Assembly: GCA_044225365.1 (NCBI GenBank) | Contig: JBGAIQ010000039.1 | Span: 1 to 55,240, forward strand | DNA: 55,240 bases | Source of the DNA: Planctomycetota bacterium | GTDB taxonomy: Bacteria; Planctomycetota; B15-G4; JADJEK01 | Reading direction: 5' to 3' | The notes under the pieces: generated by a model | Databases searched by the model: none | What the model was told of the DNA's origin: nothing | The model's input: only the letters and a program-made list of their open reading frames with translations | Position numbers and translations under genes: made by a program | In this document: positions 28,768 to 38,004 of the stretch, one piece after another | How the letters are laid out: every line of letters begins with the position of its first letter | Position numbering within the stretch: position 1 is the first letter of the stretch

Positions 28768-29538
28768 TCACTTGCAGAGCACGCCGCCATCGATCGGGAA
28801 CGCCGCGCCCGTGATGAAGGACGCCTCGTCCGAACACAGGTACAGGGCGAGCGCAGCGACTTCGTCGGGCCGCCCCATTCTTCCGATCGGTTGATAGGCC
28901 GAGAGCTTCTCGAACATCTCTTGCTCGCGGCCGGGATAGTTCTTCTTCAGGAAGCCGTCGACGAACGGCGTGTGGATCCGCGCGGGGCAGACGCAATTGC
29001 AGCGAATGCCCTTCTTCATGTAGTCGACGGCCGTCGAGAGCGTCATCGTGAGCACGGCGCCCTTGCTCATGCCGTACGCGAAGCGATCCTCGAGACCGAT
29101 GAGCGACGCGATGGACGCGAGATTCAGGATCGCGCCGCCGCCCGTCTTCAGCATCGACTTCACGCCGCGCTGCGAGCAGAGGTAGACGCCCTTCACGTTG
29201 ACGGAATAGATGCGGTCGAGATCCTCTTCCGACGTGGTTTCGACGCTGCCGACGTGGGCGATCCCGGCGTTGTTCACGAGGATGTCGATCTTCGAGAAGC
29301 GCTGTTCGACCGCCGTGAACGCCTTGTCCACGCTGTCCTTCTTCGACACGTCGCACTCGAACGCCGCCGCCGTCCCCTTGTCCTTCTCGATCGCGGCGAC
29401 CGCGGCCTGCGCGGTGTCGACCTTGAGGTCGAGGGCGGCGACCTTTGCCCCTTGCTTCGCGAACGTCGTCGCGATGGCGTAGCCAATGCCGGAGCCGGCG
29501 CCCGTGACGACTGCGGTCTTACCGTCGAGCCGGAACAT
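28768..29538 (-). CDS. SDR oxidoreductase, probable 2-keto-3-deoxy-L-fuconate dehydrogenase
   Basis: TGAGSGIG, NNAG, RFAYGMSKGAV (YxxxK); adjacent to the FAH gene. Confidence 0.85.
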   Translation of the reverse strand: MFRLDGKTAVVTGAGSGIGYAIATTFAKQGAKVAALDLKVDTAQAAVAAIEKDKGTAAAFECDVSKKDSVDKAFTAVEQRFSKIDILVNNAGIAHVGSVETTSEEDLDRIYSVNVKGVYLCSQRGVKSMLKTGGGAILNLASIASLIGLEDRFAYGMSKGAVLTMTLSTAVDYMKKGIRCNCVCPARIHTPFVDGFLKKNYPGREQEMFEKLSAYQPIGRMGRPDEVAALALYLCSDEASFITGAAFPIDGGVLCK

Positions 29539-29636
29539 GCCTCACCTCGTGCGAACGATGGTTTCACCGCAGCCGAACGCCGCGGCATCTCGAAGCAAGG
29601 CATCGTAACGAATCGCTCGCGGCGGGCGAGAGGGAC

Positions 29637-30263
29637 TTACTTGCGTTCGACCGTGACGAGCCGGCAGCCGCGTTTCCACAGCTCCGCGAGCATGGGCTCG
29701 GGTGCGGGCTTCTCGAGACCGAGGTCGATCAGGACGGTCTTCTCGTCGAGGACTCCGCGAAGCAACGCCAGCACTTTGGCGTGATGACGTACGCACACGG
29801 CGGCGACGTCGATGTCGACGCGCTTGTCGATCGCGAGCAAGAGCCGCACGACTCCGCCGCCCTCGAGAAGCTGCACGAGCGCCCGGAATACGTCGGACTC
29901 CGTCAGCATTCCCACGACCTTGTCGCTCTCGACCACGGGCATGCCGCCGATCCGATTCAGGATCATTCGTTGTGCGGCGAGTTCGAGGTGGTCGTTCGGC
30001 GATACGGTGATCACGGGTGACGACACGATCGCCTTTACCGGCGCGTCCATGCCGTGCTCGCCGGCCTCGCTCGCGATCTGCTCGGGTGTTCCCGGCAGGA
30101 CCGCGAGGAGTCGACGCTCGCTCACGATCCCGAGAAGGCGACCGTTCTCGATCACCGGAGCCCGACGGATCCGTCGGGTGTGGAGATCATGGAGCGCGTC
30201 GATGCAGCGCCGCTCGGGCGACAGCGCGAACACCTCGCGCGACATGAAATGACGAACGATCAT
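29637..30263 (-). CDS. CBS-pair protein (AcuB-like)
   Basis: IRRAPVI...GIVSER; IGGMPVV...VGMLTESDVFRAL. Confidence 0.85.
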   Translation of the reverse strand: MIVRHFMSREVFALSPERRCIDALHDLHTRRIRRAPVIENGRLLGIVSERRLLAVLPGTPEQIASEAGEHGMDAPVKAIVSSPVITVSPNDHLELAAQRMILNRIGGMPVVESDKVVGMLTESDVFRALVQLLEGGGVVRLLLAIDKRVDIDVAAVCVRHHAKVLALLRGVLDEKTVLIDLGLEKPAPEPMLAELWKRGCRLVTVERK

Positions 30264-30330
30264 CCCGCTACATCGACGAAATCACGTCTCGTCGATGAGT
30301 CGAAGAGAGACGGAGGCGCTCCCGCCCTGC

Positions 30331-30819
30331 TCACTGGATGTCGATCTTCAAGCCGTTCGACCAGTTGTAGTCGTGCGTGAAGCCGAATGTCGTGAAGTAG
30401 TCGTTCACGCCCTGAACGTAGACCGTGAGTGCAAGTGCCGGGATCGGCGACGTGAAGGTGTTTCCGGCCGATGCTGGGAACACGAGGAGGACATCGGGAG
30501 AGGCGAGGAGCATGCAGCCCGAGACGAACGGAGGAACCGCGATCTGCGCCGGGGAAGCGCCGAGGATCAGGATCCGATTCCACAGGTAGGTGTTGCAGCA
30601 CCCGCTGATCCCGGAGAGGCTGAACGTGAGGGTGCAGGCGGACGGGTCGACACCGGCCTTGAGGACCGGAACGTCGAAGAAGGGCGCGCAACCGAAGCCG
30701 TAGGGGGACGCGGTCACTTGGGGACAGGCGGCGGTGGATATGGCCGCGGGAGCGCCGGTACCCACCGCGAACACCGCGATCGCAATGGACAGGATCGCAT
30801 GACATGCGAGTCGACTCAT
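30331..30819 (-). CDS. Secreted Cys-containing beta-rich hypothetical protein
   Basis: Signal peptide; YGFGC...GCMLLASPD...PIP..VYVQG...WSNGLKIDIQ; codon pattern looks coding. Confidence 0.7.
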   Translation of the reverse strand: MSRLACHAILSIAIAVFAVGTGAPAAISTAACPQVTASPYGFGCAPFFDVPVLKAGVDPSACTLTFSLSGISGCCNTYLWNRILILGASPAQIAVPPFVSGCMLLASPDVLLVFPASAGNTFTSPIPALALTVYVQGVNDYFTTFGFTHDYNWSNGLKIDIQ

Positions 30820-31180
30820 GGCGAGGCCCTCTTCATTGGAACTGGGAACTGGGAACTGGACACGGCGAAGTGCGGGGCGATTCGATTACGCCATGGGCCA
30901 AGGGTATCCCGCGCATGAAATCAGCGGATTTCGGGGAGGACCGACCGGCCGTCATCGGGCCCGTGTGACCGTTCCTCGCTTCGTTTCTACATTTCTCCGG
31001 ATGGCTCGTCCGTGGTCGGCTCGACCGGCTCTCTCCAACTGCCCCGGAAGGCGAAAGTAAACGAATGCGGTGGGATCTCTTGGCCTCCCGCCGGCACTTT
31101 CTTTGCGCCTCTCATGGCGCACCTGGCCCCGCGGTTCCCTTTCGAATCCGCGGCCTCCAGGACTCTCCTCGAGAAATGCC

Positions 31181-31402
31181 ATGCGTTCCCTCCTCCGCTT
31201 CGTTCTGCTCGCATTGATCGTATTCGTGATCGTCGGCTTCATGCGCGGCTGGTTCACCGTGAACAGCTCGTCCTCGCCGATCGACTCCGACAAGGTCGAC
31301 GTCAGCTTCACCGTCGACAAGGAGAAGATGCGCGACGATGCGACGAAGGCGAACGACAAGGCCCACGAGCTCGCGAACAAGGCCGTCAACAAAGCGAAAT
31401 GA
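31181..31402 (+). CDS. Small single-TM hypothetical protein
   Basis: MRSLLRFVLLALIVFVIVGFMRGWF...VDKEKMRDD. Confidence 0.75.
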   Translation: MRSLLRFVLLALIVFVIVGFMRGWFTVNSSSSPIDSDKVDVSFTVDKEKMRDDATKANDKAHELANKAVNKAK

Positions 31403-31534
31403 AGAGCGCCGCAGCGAGCGTCGTAGCGTGGTGAACTCTTGGTCGGCCAGGATGGGAACGAATCCCGCGCCGCCTTCGTTCCCCAGTTCGAGATCGGACC
31501 CCGTCGCGCCTTCCAAGTTCGAAAGTGACTCCGC

Positions 31535-32380
31535 ATGGACTCCTACACGTCGCTCTCTGGTCGCTCTCTCCGATCCATCCGGCTCGGTGCATGCCTCGGC
31601 ATCGCGATGGGGTTCCTCGGCTGCGCGCAACCGTTTCACGCGAAAGCCGACCGCGAGTCGAGCCATGTCGTCGGCGGCGCGAACGCGCTCGAGGTGAAGA
31701 CCGACAATGGCGACGTCTGGATCCATACCGAGCCGGGCCGCACGGAGATCGGAGTGAAAGCGAGGATCACCGGCGCGGGAAAGACTCCCGAGGAGGCCGA
31801 GGAGCGGGCGAGAAACGCAAAGGTGCAGTTCGCCATCGATTCCGCGAGCGGCGTTGCGCACCTGACGGTCGCTTTCGAGGGCGACCGACGCTCCTCAGAG
31901 GGGTGCGCGTTCGACCTTCTGGTGCCCGGCCTCGATCGGATCCGGGTCGACACCGGCAATGGCGGCGTCGAGATCGATGGCGCCCGCGGTGAAGTCGTCG
32001 TCGACACGAGCAATGGCCATGTGAGCCTGTCGAACGTCTTCGGTTCGGCGCATCTCGAGACCAGCAACGGCGCGATCGAGTTGACCGATGTGAGCGGCTC
32101 CGTCATCGCGCGTTCGAGCAATGGCGCGGTCACGACGCGAGGCTCGGCGATGGATCTGAAGGACTTCGAGATCGAGACGAGCAATGGCGACATCGAACTC
32201 GCGCTCGGTGCGAACTACGACGGCGAGATCGACGCCGAGACCAGCAACGGTGGAATCGAGTGCCGCCGCGAGGGCGCGGCCGTGACGAAGCAACGCCACG
32301 GCGGTCATTGTTCCATCCGGCTCGGCGACGGCGCGCGTTCGCGGGTTCACACCTCGAATGGATCGATCACGATTCGTTGA
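31535..32380 (+). CDS. DUF4097-family beta-strand repeat lipoprotein
   Basis: FLGC lipobox; repeated TSNG.I motifs. Confidence 0.88.
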   Translation: MDSYTSLSGRSLRSIRLGACLGIAMGFLGCAQPFHAKADRESSHVVGGANALEVKTDNGDVWIHTEPGRTEIGVKARITGAGKTPEEAEERARNAKVQFAIDSASGVAHLTVAFEGDRRSSEGCAFDLLVPGLDRIRVDTGNGGVEIDGARGEVVVDTSNGHVSLSNVFGSAHLETSNGAIELTDVSGSVIARSSNGAVTTRGSAMDLKDFEIETSNGDIELALGANYDGEIDAETSNGGIECRREGAAVTKQRHGGHCSIRLGDGARSRVHTSNGSITIR

Positions 32381-32486
32381 TCGTTCGCCCGGATCGGGCG
32401 GATTCTCGAGAAATCCCTGTCACCACCGGCGACGAAGGACGGTGTAACGGCTCGAGCAGACGCAAGAATGTCTGTGGAGCCCCTCC

Positions 32487-34940
32487 GTGCCTTTGAACCC
32501 GAATCCCCAGGCCTTTCCTTCGGACGAACAGCGACGCGTCATCGAGCGCGTGCGCGGCGCGCATCTCGTTCTCGCGCCGGCCGGCTCGGGGAAGACCCAG
32601 GTGATGACCGCCCGGCTGCAGAAGGCGATCGAGTCCGGAATCGCGCCGGAACGAACGCTGTGCGTCACGTTCACCAATCGCGCGGCCGAGGAGATGCGCG
32701 CCCGCATCGCCACCGACCTCGAGGGCATCGCGCGGAAGATCGAGGTTCGTACGTTCCACGGTCTGTGTGCGGCGTTCCTGCGCGAAGTCGCGAGCCGAAT
32801 CGGCATCCCGCGTGATTTCGCGATCTACGACGAGCAGGACGCGATCGAGATCCTCTCCGTCGTACTCGCTCGATCTCAGACCCGTCTTGCGGGGGCGAAG
32901 CCGCGCGACGTGTTCTTCACGCTCGCCGAACGGAAGTCGGGCGCCCTGCCTCCCGAGCTCTCGCTCGATCGCGTGCCGCCGTTGTTCCAAGGGGTGGGCG
33001 AGGAAGCCGAGAAGCTCGTCGCGGAGCGCTACCATCGAGTGCTCGCCGATCGAGGAGCGCTGGACTTCGCAGACCTCGTGTACCGGATTCGCGCACTCTT
33101 GGAATTCGATCCCGAGGAACGCTCGAAGTTCGAGAATCGCTACGACTGGATCCAGATCGACGAAGTGCAGGACACTCACTTCTCCGAGTACGACGTCATC
33201 CGAAGGCTCGCCGGTCGCACTCGCAACCTGACGCTCTTCGGCGACATCGATCAGACGATCTACGAGTGGCGGGGCTCCGATCCCGACTCGATCCTCGGCC
33301 GCTTCCGGCGCGAGTTCCAACCCGTCATCGAACATCAGCTCACGCTCAACTTCCGCGCGACGAAATCGCTCATCGCCTACGCGGATCGCTTCGCGGCCAC
33401 GTTCTCGCGACGGCGCACCCGTCTGTCCGCGGACGACTCCTTGCCCGAGGGCGAACCTCCGCGCGTGGCGTTCTTCAAGACGTCCGAAGCCGAAGCCAAA
33501 TCGATTGCGAAGGAAGTGGGCACACTGCGCGCCAAGGACGCGAGTTTGCGCATCGGGATCCTGGGTCGGACGCACGCGCGACTCGTCGAGATCAGCGCGG
33601 CGCTCGCCGCGTCGAACGTGCCGCACGTCACCGTCGAGGAGTTCGAGTTCTTCCGCAGGCAGGAGATCAAGGACGCGATCGCGCGCCTGCGGCTCATCCA
33701 GAGCCCGGACGATTCCGGCGCATTGCGTCGATCGCTCCTGCGGCCTGCCTCGCGCGTGGGGAAGGCGACGCTCGACAAGCTCTCGCAACTCGGGCCCGCT
33801 TCCGGGCTGCGGCTCACCGACCTCGCGCGCGTCCGAACCCTCGCACAGGGTGAACCCTTCGGGCGGCTGCTCCACGCATTCGAACGCGGCAGCATCGTCA
33901 TCGTCGACGTCGAAACGACGGGCCTCTCCACGGCCGTCGACGAAGTGATCGAGATCGCGGCGATCCGCGTCGAGAACGGCGCGATTCGTGATCAGTTCCA
34001 CCGCTGGATCCGCCCGACTCGGCCCGTAGGCGAGTCCGAGGGCATCCACGGCTACTCCGATGCACACTTGAAGCAGCATGGCATCGCGAGCGAGGTCGCC
34101 CTGCGCGAGTTCCTCGCCTACGCGAAGGATGCTCACCTCGTCGGGCACAACGTACGTTTCGACATCGCGATGTTGCGCGCCGCGACGGAACGCGCGCGCC
34201 TCACCTGGCCCGCGTTCGACTACGACGACACCCTCGATCTCGCACGCCGGTTCATCCCGTCGCCGCGACTCGATCTCGGATCGCTCGCCGAGCAGCTCGC
34301 GCTCGCCCATCGCCCGACGCATCGCGCGGAGGACGACACGCTCGCGACCCTCGATCTCCTGAAGATCCTCGTCGAGAAGGCAGGCGAGACCGCGGCCGCG
34401 CGCGCCGCGCTCGTCTCCGAGCTCGGCAAGCCGTTCCTTCCCCTCGCCGAGCAGATCGATCGATGGCGCGAGATGGCTCGCAGCGTGCGACCGCCGATCC
34501 TGCTCGAGCGCATCCTCGACGAATCCGGACTGCTCACGCACTACGCGCCGGCGCGCGAGCGAGCCACGAATCTGCGTGAGCTGTGCACGATCTTCGCCCG
34601 TCTCGACGGCAAGATCCTGCCGCCGCCGATCGCGCTCGCCGAGATCGTCCAATACGCCGCGCTCGCCCGCAACGTCGATCAACTCGGCGAGGACGACGAT
34701 CGCGTTCCGGTCGTCACGGTCCATCAAGCGAAGGGGCTCGAGTTCGACGTCGTCTTCGTCGCGGGGCTCTCGGACGGCGAGTTCCCGTCGTTCTTCGCGG
34801 TACGCGAACAGCGACTCGACGAGGAACGGCGGCTGTTCTACGTCGCGATCACGCGGGCGAGACGACGCCTGTTCCTGAGCGGTCACGAGCGCAACGCGCG
34901 CGGCTACGTCGTGGGCCGCAGCCCGTTCCTACTGAAGTGA
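32487..34940 (+). CDS. UvrD/PcrA-like SF1 helicase with an inserted DEDDh 3'-5' exonuclease
   Basis: APAGSGKT, TFTNRAA, DEVQD, GDIDQTIYEWRG, LNFR; IVDVETTGL...VGHNVRFD...HRAEDD; TVHQAKGLEF, EERRLFYVAITRA. Confidence 0.92.
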   Translation: MPLNPNPQAFPSDEQRRVIERVRGAHLVLAPAGSGKTQVMTARLQKAIESGIAPERTLCVTFTNRAAEEMRARIATDLEGIARKIEVRTFHGLCAAFLREVASRIGIPRDFAIYDEQDAIEILSVVLARSQTRLAGAKPRDVFFTLAERKSGALPPELSLDRVPPLFQGVGEEAEKLVAERYHRVLADRGALDFADLVYRIRALLEFDPEERSKFENRYDWIQIDEVQDTHFSEYDVIRRLAGRTRNLTLFGDIDQTIYEWRGSDPDSILGRFRREFQPVIEHQLTLNFRATKSLIAYADRFAATFSRRRTRLSADDSLPEGEPPRVAFFKTSEAEAKSIAKEVGTLRAKDASLRIGILGRTHARLVEISAALAASNVPHVTVEEFEFFRRQEIKDAIARLRLIQSPDDSGALRRSLLRPASRVGKATLDKLSQLGPASGLRLTDLARVRTLAQGEPFGRLLHAFERGSIVIVDVETTGLSTAVDEVIEIAAIRVENGAIRDQFHRWIRPTRPVGESEGIHGYSDAHLKQHGIASEVALREFLAYAKDAHLVGHNVRFDIAMLRAATERARLTWPAFDYDDTLDLARRFIPSPRLDLGSLAEQLALAHRPTHRAEDDTLATLDLLKILVEKAGETAAARAALVSELGKPFLPLAEQIDRWREMARSVRPPILLERILDESGLLTHYAPARERATNLRELCTIFARLDGKILPPPIALAEIVQYAALARNVDQLGEDDDRVPVVTVHQAKGLEFDVVFVAGLSDGEFPSFFAVREQRLDEERRLFYVAITRARRRLFLSGHERNARGYVVGRSPFLLK

Positions 34941-34970
34941 CGTTGTCGGCCCGAGCCGTACGACCGAGCC

Positions 34971-37487
34971 TCAGCGGCCGGGACGAAATCGCGGTCGAGG
35001 GTCGCCGAGCCGTTCGCGCAATGCCGCGGCGAGGGCGGTCAACGCGTCCTTGTTCGCATCCGCGGCGGGCGGGTTGAGGTCGAAGTAGGGCGCCGCGAGC
35101 GCGAGGTTGCTGCGTGCGGTCGTGACGTCATCGTGCGAGAGGGCGCGCTCGCCGCGGATCGTGGTGCATTGGGCGTACGTCGTGCGCGTATCCGAGTCGT
35201 TCGCGTCGACGTCGATTGCGCGCTTCCCACAAACGATCGCGAGGTCGAGGCAACGGTCGCCGTCCTTCTCGTCGTTGCGACCATCCGAACGCAGTGCTTC
35301 GCGCAACATCGCGTCCGCGATCGCGGTTGCGAAGAACGGGTTCTTCGGATCGACCTGGATGAGGGCTTCGCAAAGCGCAACCGGGTCGACAGGGCTCGGC
35401 CGGCCGATCCGATATTCGAGGCAGTTGTCGATGAGATCGACGGTCTCGCGATCGAGTCCGTCGCGCACCGCGGTGACGCCCGGGTCGTATTTCACGGCCT
35501 CGACCAGCGACGCCGCGGCGCGCTCCTGATTCTGCGCGAGGAGGTGCGCGAAGCCCTTGCCCTGCGCGGCGAGCGCCTGCTGCGCCCGCGCGCTGGCCGC
35601 GTATTCGGCCCGGAGCGCGATGCTCTGATCGTATGCCGAGATCGCGCGATCGTAGTTCTCGATCGCGAGGGCAGGGTCTTCCATGCGACGGCCCCAGTCC
35701 CCGAGGAGCTGGTAGTCGTAGCCCAGGTGCCACGCGTTGTCGGCCGACTTGTTGTCGCGATTCAGTTCGCGCTGACTGAACTGGACACCGAGCTCGGGCC
35801 GTCCGATGCGCGCAAACACCTCGCGCGTGGCCTGCCGAATCTCTGTCGCGGCGGTGAATCGCGCGACGCCTTCTTCGGCGATCAGCGCCGCATCGCCGCG
35901 TAGGCCGAGCACCGTGAAGAACGAGATCACGGATTGCCAATCCACGGGATCGGCCTGCGGGGAGACGGCGGCGTACATCAACGCATGGGCGCCGCGGAGC
36001 ATCCCTCCGATCTGCGCGACCGGGTCCTTGCCATAACGCGAATTCACGAGGCGGGCCGATGCGTCGCCGACCCATCGCAAGGTGTCCTGGCGCAGCGGTG
36101 AGTCGACGAACGCGTTCGTCATCGCGTTCTCATCGGAGTGCTTCGGATCGGGAATCGGCGACAGACGCGCGTCGACTTCGAGAGCGAGTGCCTCTTCGCG
36201 TTCGAACTCGCCCTTCACGTAGGCGAGCTTCGCGAGGTCGAGGACGATCGAGAGATCGTCCTTTCGCGCCTCGCGCGCGCGGCCGAGGTACATCGTGGCA
36301 TCGCCCAGATGCAGGTCGACGCCCTCGGCGCCGGCATCGATCTTCGCGCGCGCGCACTCGAGCGACGCGCGGCCGAGTTCCGCCATCGCTTCGCCATCCT
36401 CGGGCTTCGCCTTCAGCAGGGCGACCGCTTTATCGATGCGCGCGAGGAGCTCGTCGACGGGCGGCGTCTTGGGGCTGATCTTGGGCTGCAGTCGGTCGTT
36501 CACGCGATACGAGCGGGCGTAGTTCAGCAGGACGTTCACGTCGACCGGCCCGCCGGACGACGCGACGGTCTTCTCGATCGCGTCCGCGACCTCGGCTCCG
36601 TAGACCGACTTCAGCGCCGCGTCGGCGCCCGCCGCGTTCACCGCGCGGAGTGCGAGCAGCGCGAAGCGAGTCATCTCATGTTCTGGATCGAGGGTGGCGA
36701 GCAATGCGAGCTCTCCCTCGACCGGGGCTGGAACCATTCGATCCGGCAAGGCTCGACAATCGAACAGCGCGGTGCGGACGATCTCCGCCGCCTGCTTCTC
36801 GATTCCGAACTTCTTCGCGTTCACGCCGAGCTGCGCGAGCATCGCGGCGCGATTCGGGTGTTCCTTGTTGACCGTCCCGAGGAACAACACCCGCCAGGTG
36901 TCGACGACCGACTGCCGCATCGTCGGCGTCTCTTTGGCCGGCGGCGCGTCCTTCACGTTCTCGAGCAGCGCCTTGTCGAGGTCGTGGAGATCGAAGATCA
37001 ACGAGAGGTCGAACTTCTTCTCGCCGGCGGGCGTGATGAAGGCATGGCGCGGCGCGATGCGCTCGCCCTCCAGCATCTTGAACAATTGCGGCTCGAGCGC
37101 GATGTGCTCGCCGCAGGTGACGGAGCCGAGTCGCGGACAGGGGATTCGCTTGCCCTGGTCGTCGTAGTCGCGCGGATTGTGGCGGAACAGACTGCCCATC
37201 ACGCTCACGCAGCGCTTCGTCGCGTCGACGAACGCCGGGTCGCGATACTCCTCGAACGTGATGCGCTCCGACGCGGATTCCCCATCCATGTTGAAGGCGA
37301 GGAAGAGCGGTCGGTTCTCTTCCTTGGCGATCTGCTTCGCGACCTCCAGGTCGGGTTGCCATGCGATCTGAGGTTTCGCTTTCTCGTTTCCGAGTGGAGA
37401 GGCCGACGTCGATCGATTCGAGACGCAGGCGATCGAGATGATCAGCAGCGGCAAGCCGAGCCGAACGGTGGAGCGCGACGCGAACAT
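34971..37487 (-). CDS. Large lipoprotein: thioredoxin-like N-terminal domain plus TPR-like helical repeats
   Basis: ISIAC lipobox; IAWQPDLEVAKQIAKEENRPLFLAF (Thioredoxin_7-like start); helical-repeat C-terminal part. Confidence 0.7.
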   Translation of the reverse strand: MFASRSTVRLGLPLLIISIACVSNRSTSASPLGNEKAKPQIAWQPDLEVAKQIAKEENRPLFLAFNMDGESASERITFEEYRDPAFVDATKRCVSVMGSLFRHNPRDYDDQGKRIPCPRLGSVTCGEHIALEPQLFKMLEGERIAPRHAFITPAGEKKFDLSLIFDLHDLDKALLENVKDAPPAKETPTMRQSVVDTWRVLFLGTVNKEHPNRAAMLAQLGVNAKKFGIEKQAAEIVRTALFDCRALPDRMVPAPVEGELALLATLDPEHEMTRFALLALRAVNAAGADAALKSVYGAEVADAIEKTVASSGGPVDVNVLLNYARSYRVNDRLQPKISPKTPPVDELLARIDKAVALLKAKPEDGEAMAELGRASLECARAKIDAGAEGVDLHLGDATMYLGRAREARKDDLSIVLDLAKLAYVKGEFEREEALALEVDARLSPIPDPKHSDENAMTNAFVDSPLRQDTLRWVGDASARLVNSRYGKDPVAQIGGMLRGAHALMYAAVSPQADPVDWQSVISFFTVLGLRGDAALIAEEGVARFTAATEIRQATREVFARIGRPELGVQFSQRELNRDNKSADNAWHLGYDYQLLGDWGRRMEDPALAIENYDRAISAYDQSIALRAEYAASARAQQALAAQGKGFAHLLAQNQERAAASLVEAVKYDPGVTAVRDGLDRETVDLIDNCLEYRIGRPSPVDPVALCEALIQVDPKNPFFATAIADAMLREALRSDGRNDEKDGDRCLDLAIVCGKRAIDVDANDSDTRTTYAQCTTIRGERALSHDDVTTARSNLALAAPYFDLNPPAADANKDALTALAAALRERLGDPRPRFRPGR

Positions 37488-37569
37488 GAATGAGCCCTTC
37501 GACAACGATCGGCGCCGGCGGAGTGCCGCCGTTACGCCAGGAGAGCCACGAAACGGTCAAGCAACGCGA

Positions 37570-38004
37570 TCAGCCGCGACGCAACAGGACGACACCGATC
37601 AGGACGAAAACGACTCCGACGAGTCGGTTCGTCGAGAAGGGCACACGCGTCATCCCGAACAATGCGTAGTGTTCGATGACGATCGCGGCAACACCTTGAC
37701 CGGCGACGAAAAGAGCGAGAGCGGGTGCGGGACCGATGCGGGGAAAGGCGAGCGCTGCGGCGGTGATGATCAAGAAGCCGCAGAATCCACCGATGTACAA
37801 CGATAGCGGCACGTTCGGCGCGGTGATGCTGCCCATGCCGCGGTACAGATAGAAACCGATGCAGAACAACCAGACGATCGTCGTGCTGACGAGCAGCGCC
37901 GAGTGGAGTCCGATGCGATGACCGAGCGAGGCGTTGGCCGCGCCTTGAAGAGCCACGGCGATTCCACCGAGGAGCGCGAGCACAAAATAGGGTAACGAAC
38001 TCAC
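37570..38004 (-). CDS. DMT-family transporter (YdcZ/DUF606)
   Basis: GIAVALQGAANASLG, YIGGFCG, PRIG, VAGQ...IEHYALFG. Confidence 0.88.
   Translation of the reverse strand: MSSLPYFVLALLGGIAVALQGAANASLGHRIGLHSALLVSTTIVWLFCIGFYLYRGMGSITAPNVPLSLYIGGFCGFLIITAAALAFPRIGPAPALALFVAGQGVAAIVIEHYALFGMTRVPFSTNRLVGVVFVLIGVVLLRRG

Noticed and set aside
32367-34886. 839-aa antisense ORF (likewise 40171..43062, 16018..18198, 46969..48810, 4948..6876, 2171..3952)
   Set aside because: Shadow ORFs opposite clear genes, expected from high-GC codon bias; no recognisable motifs
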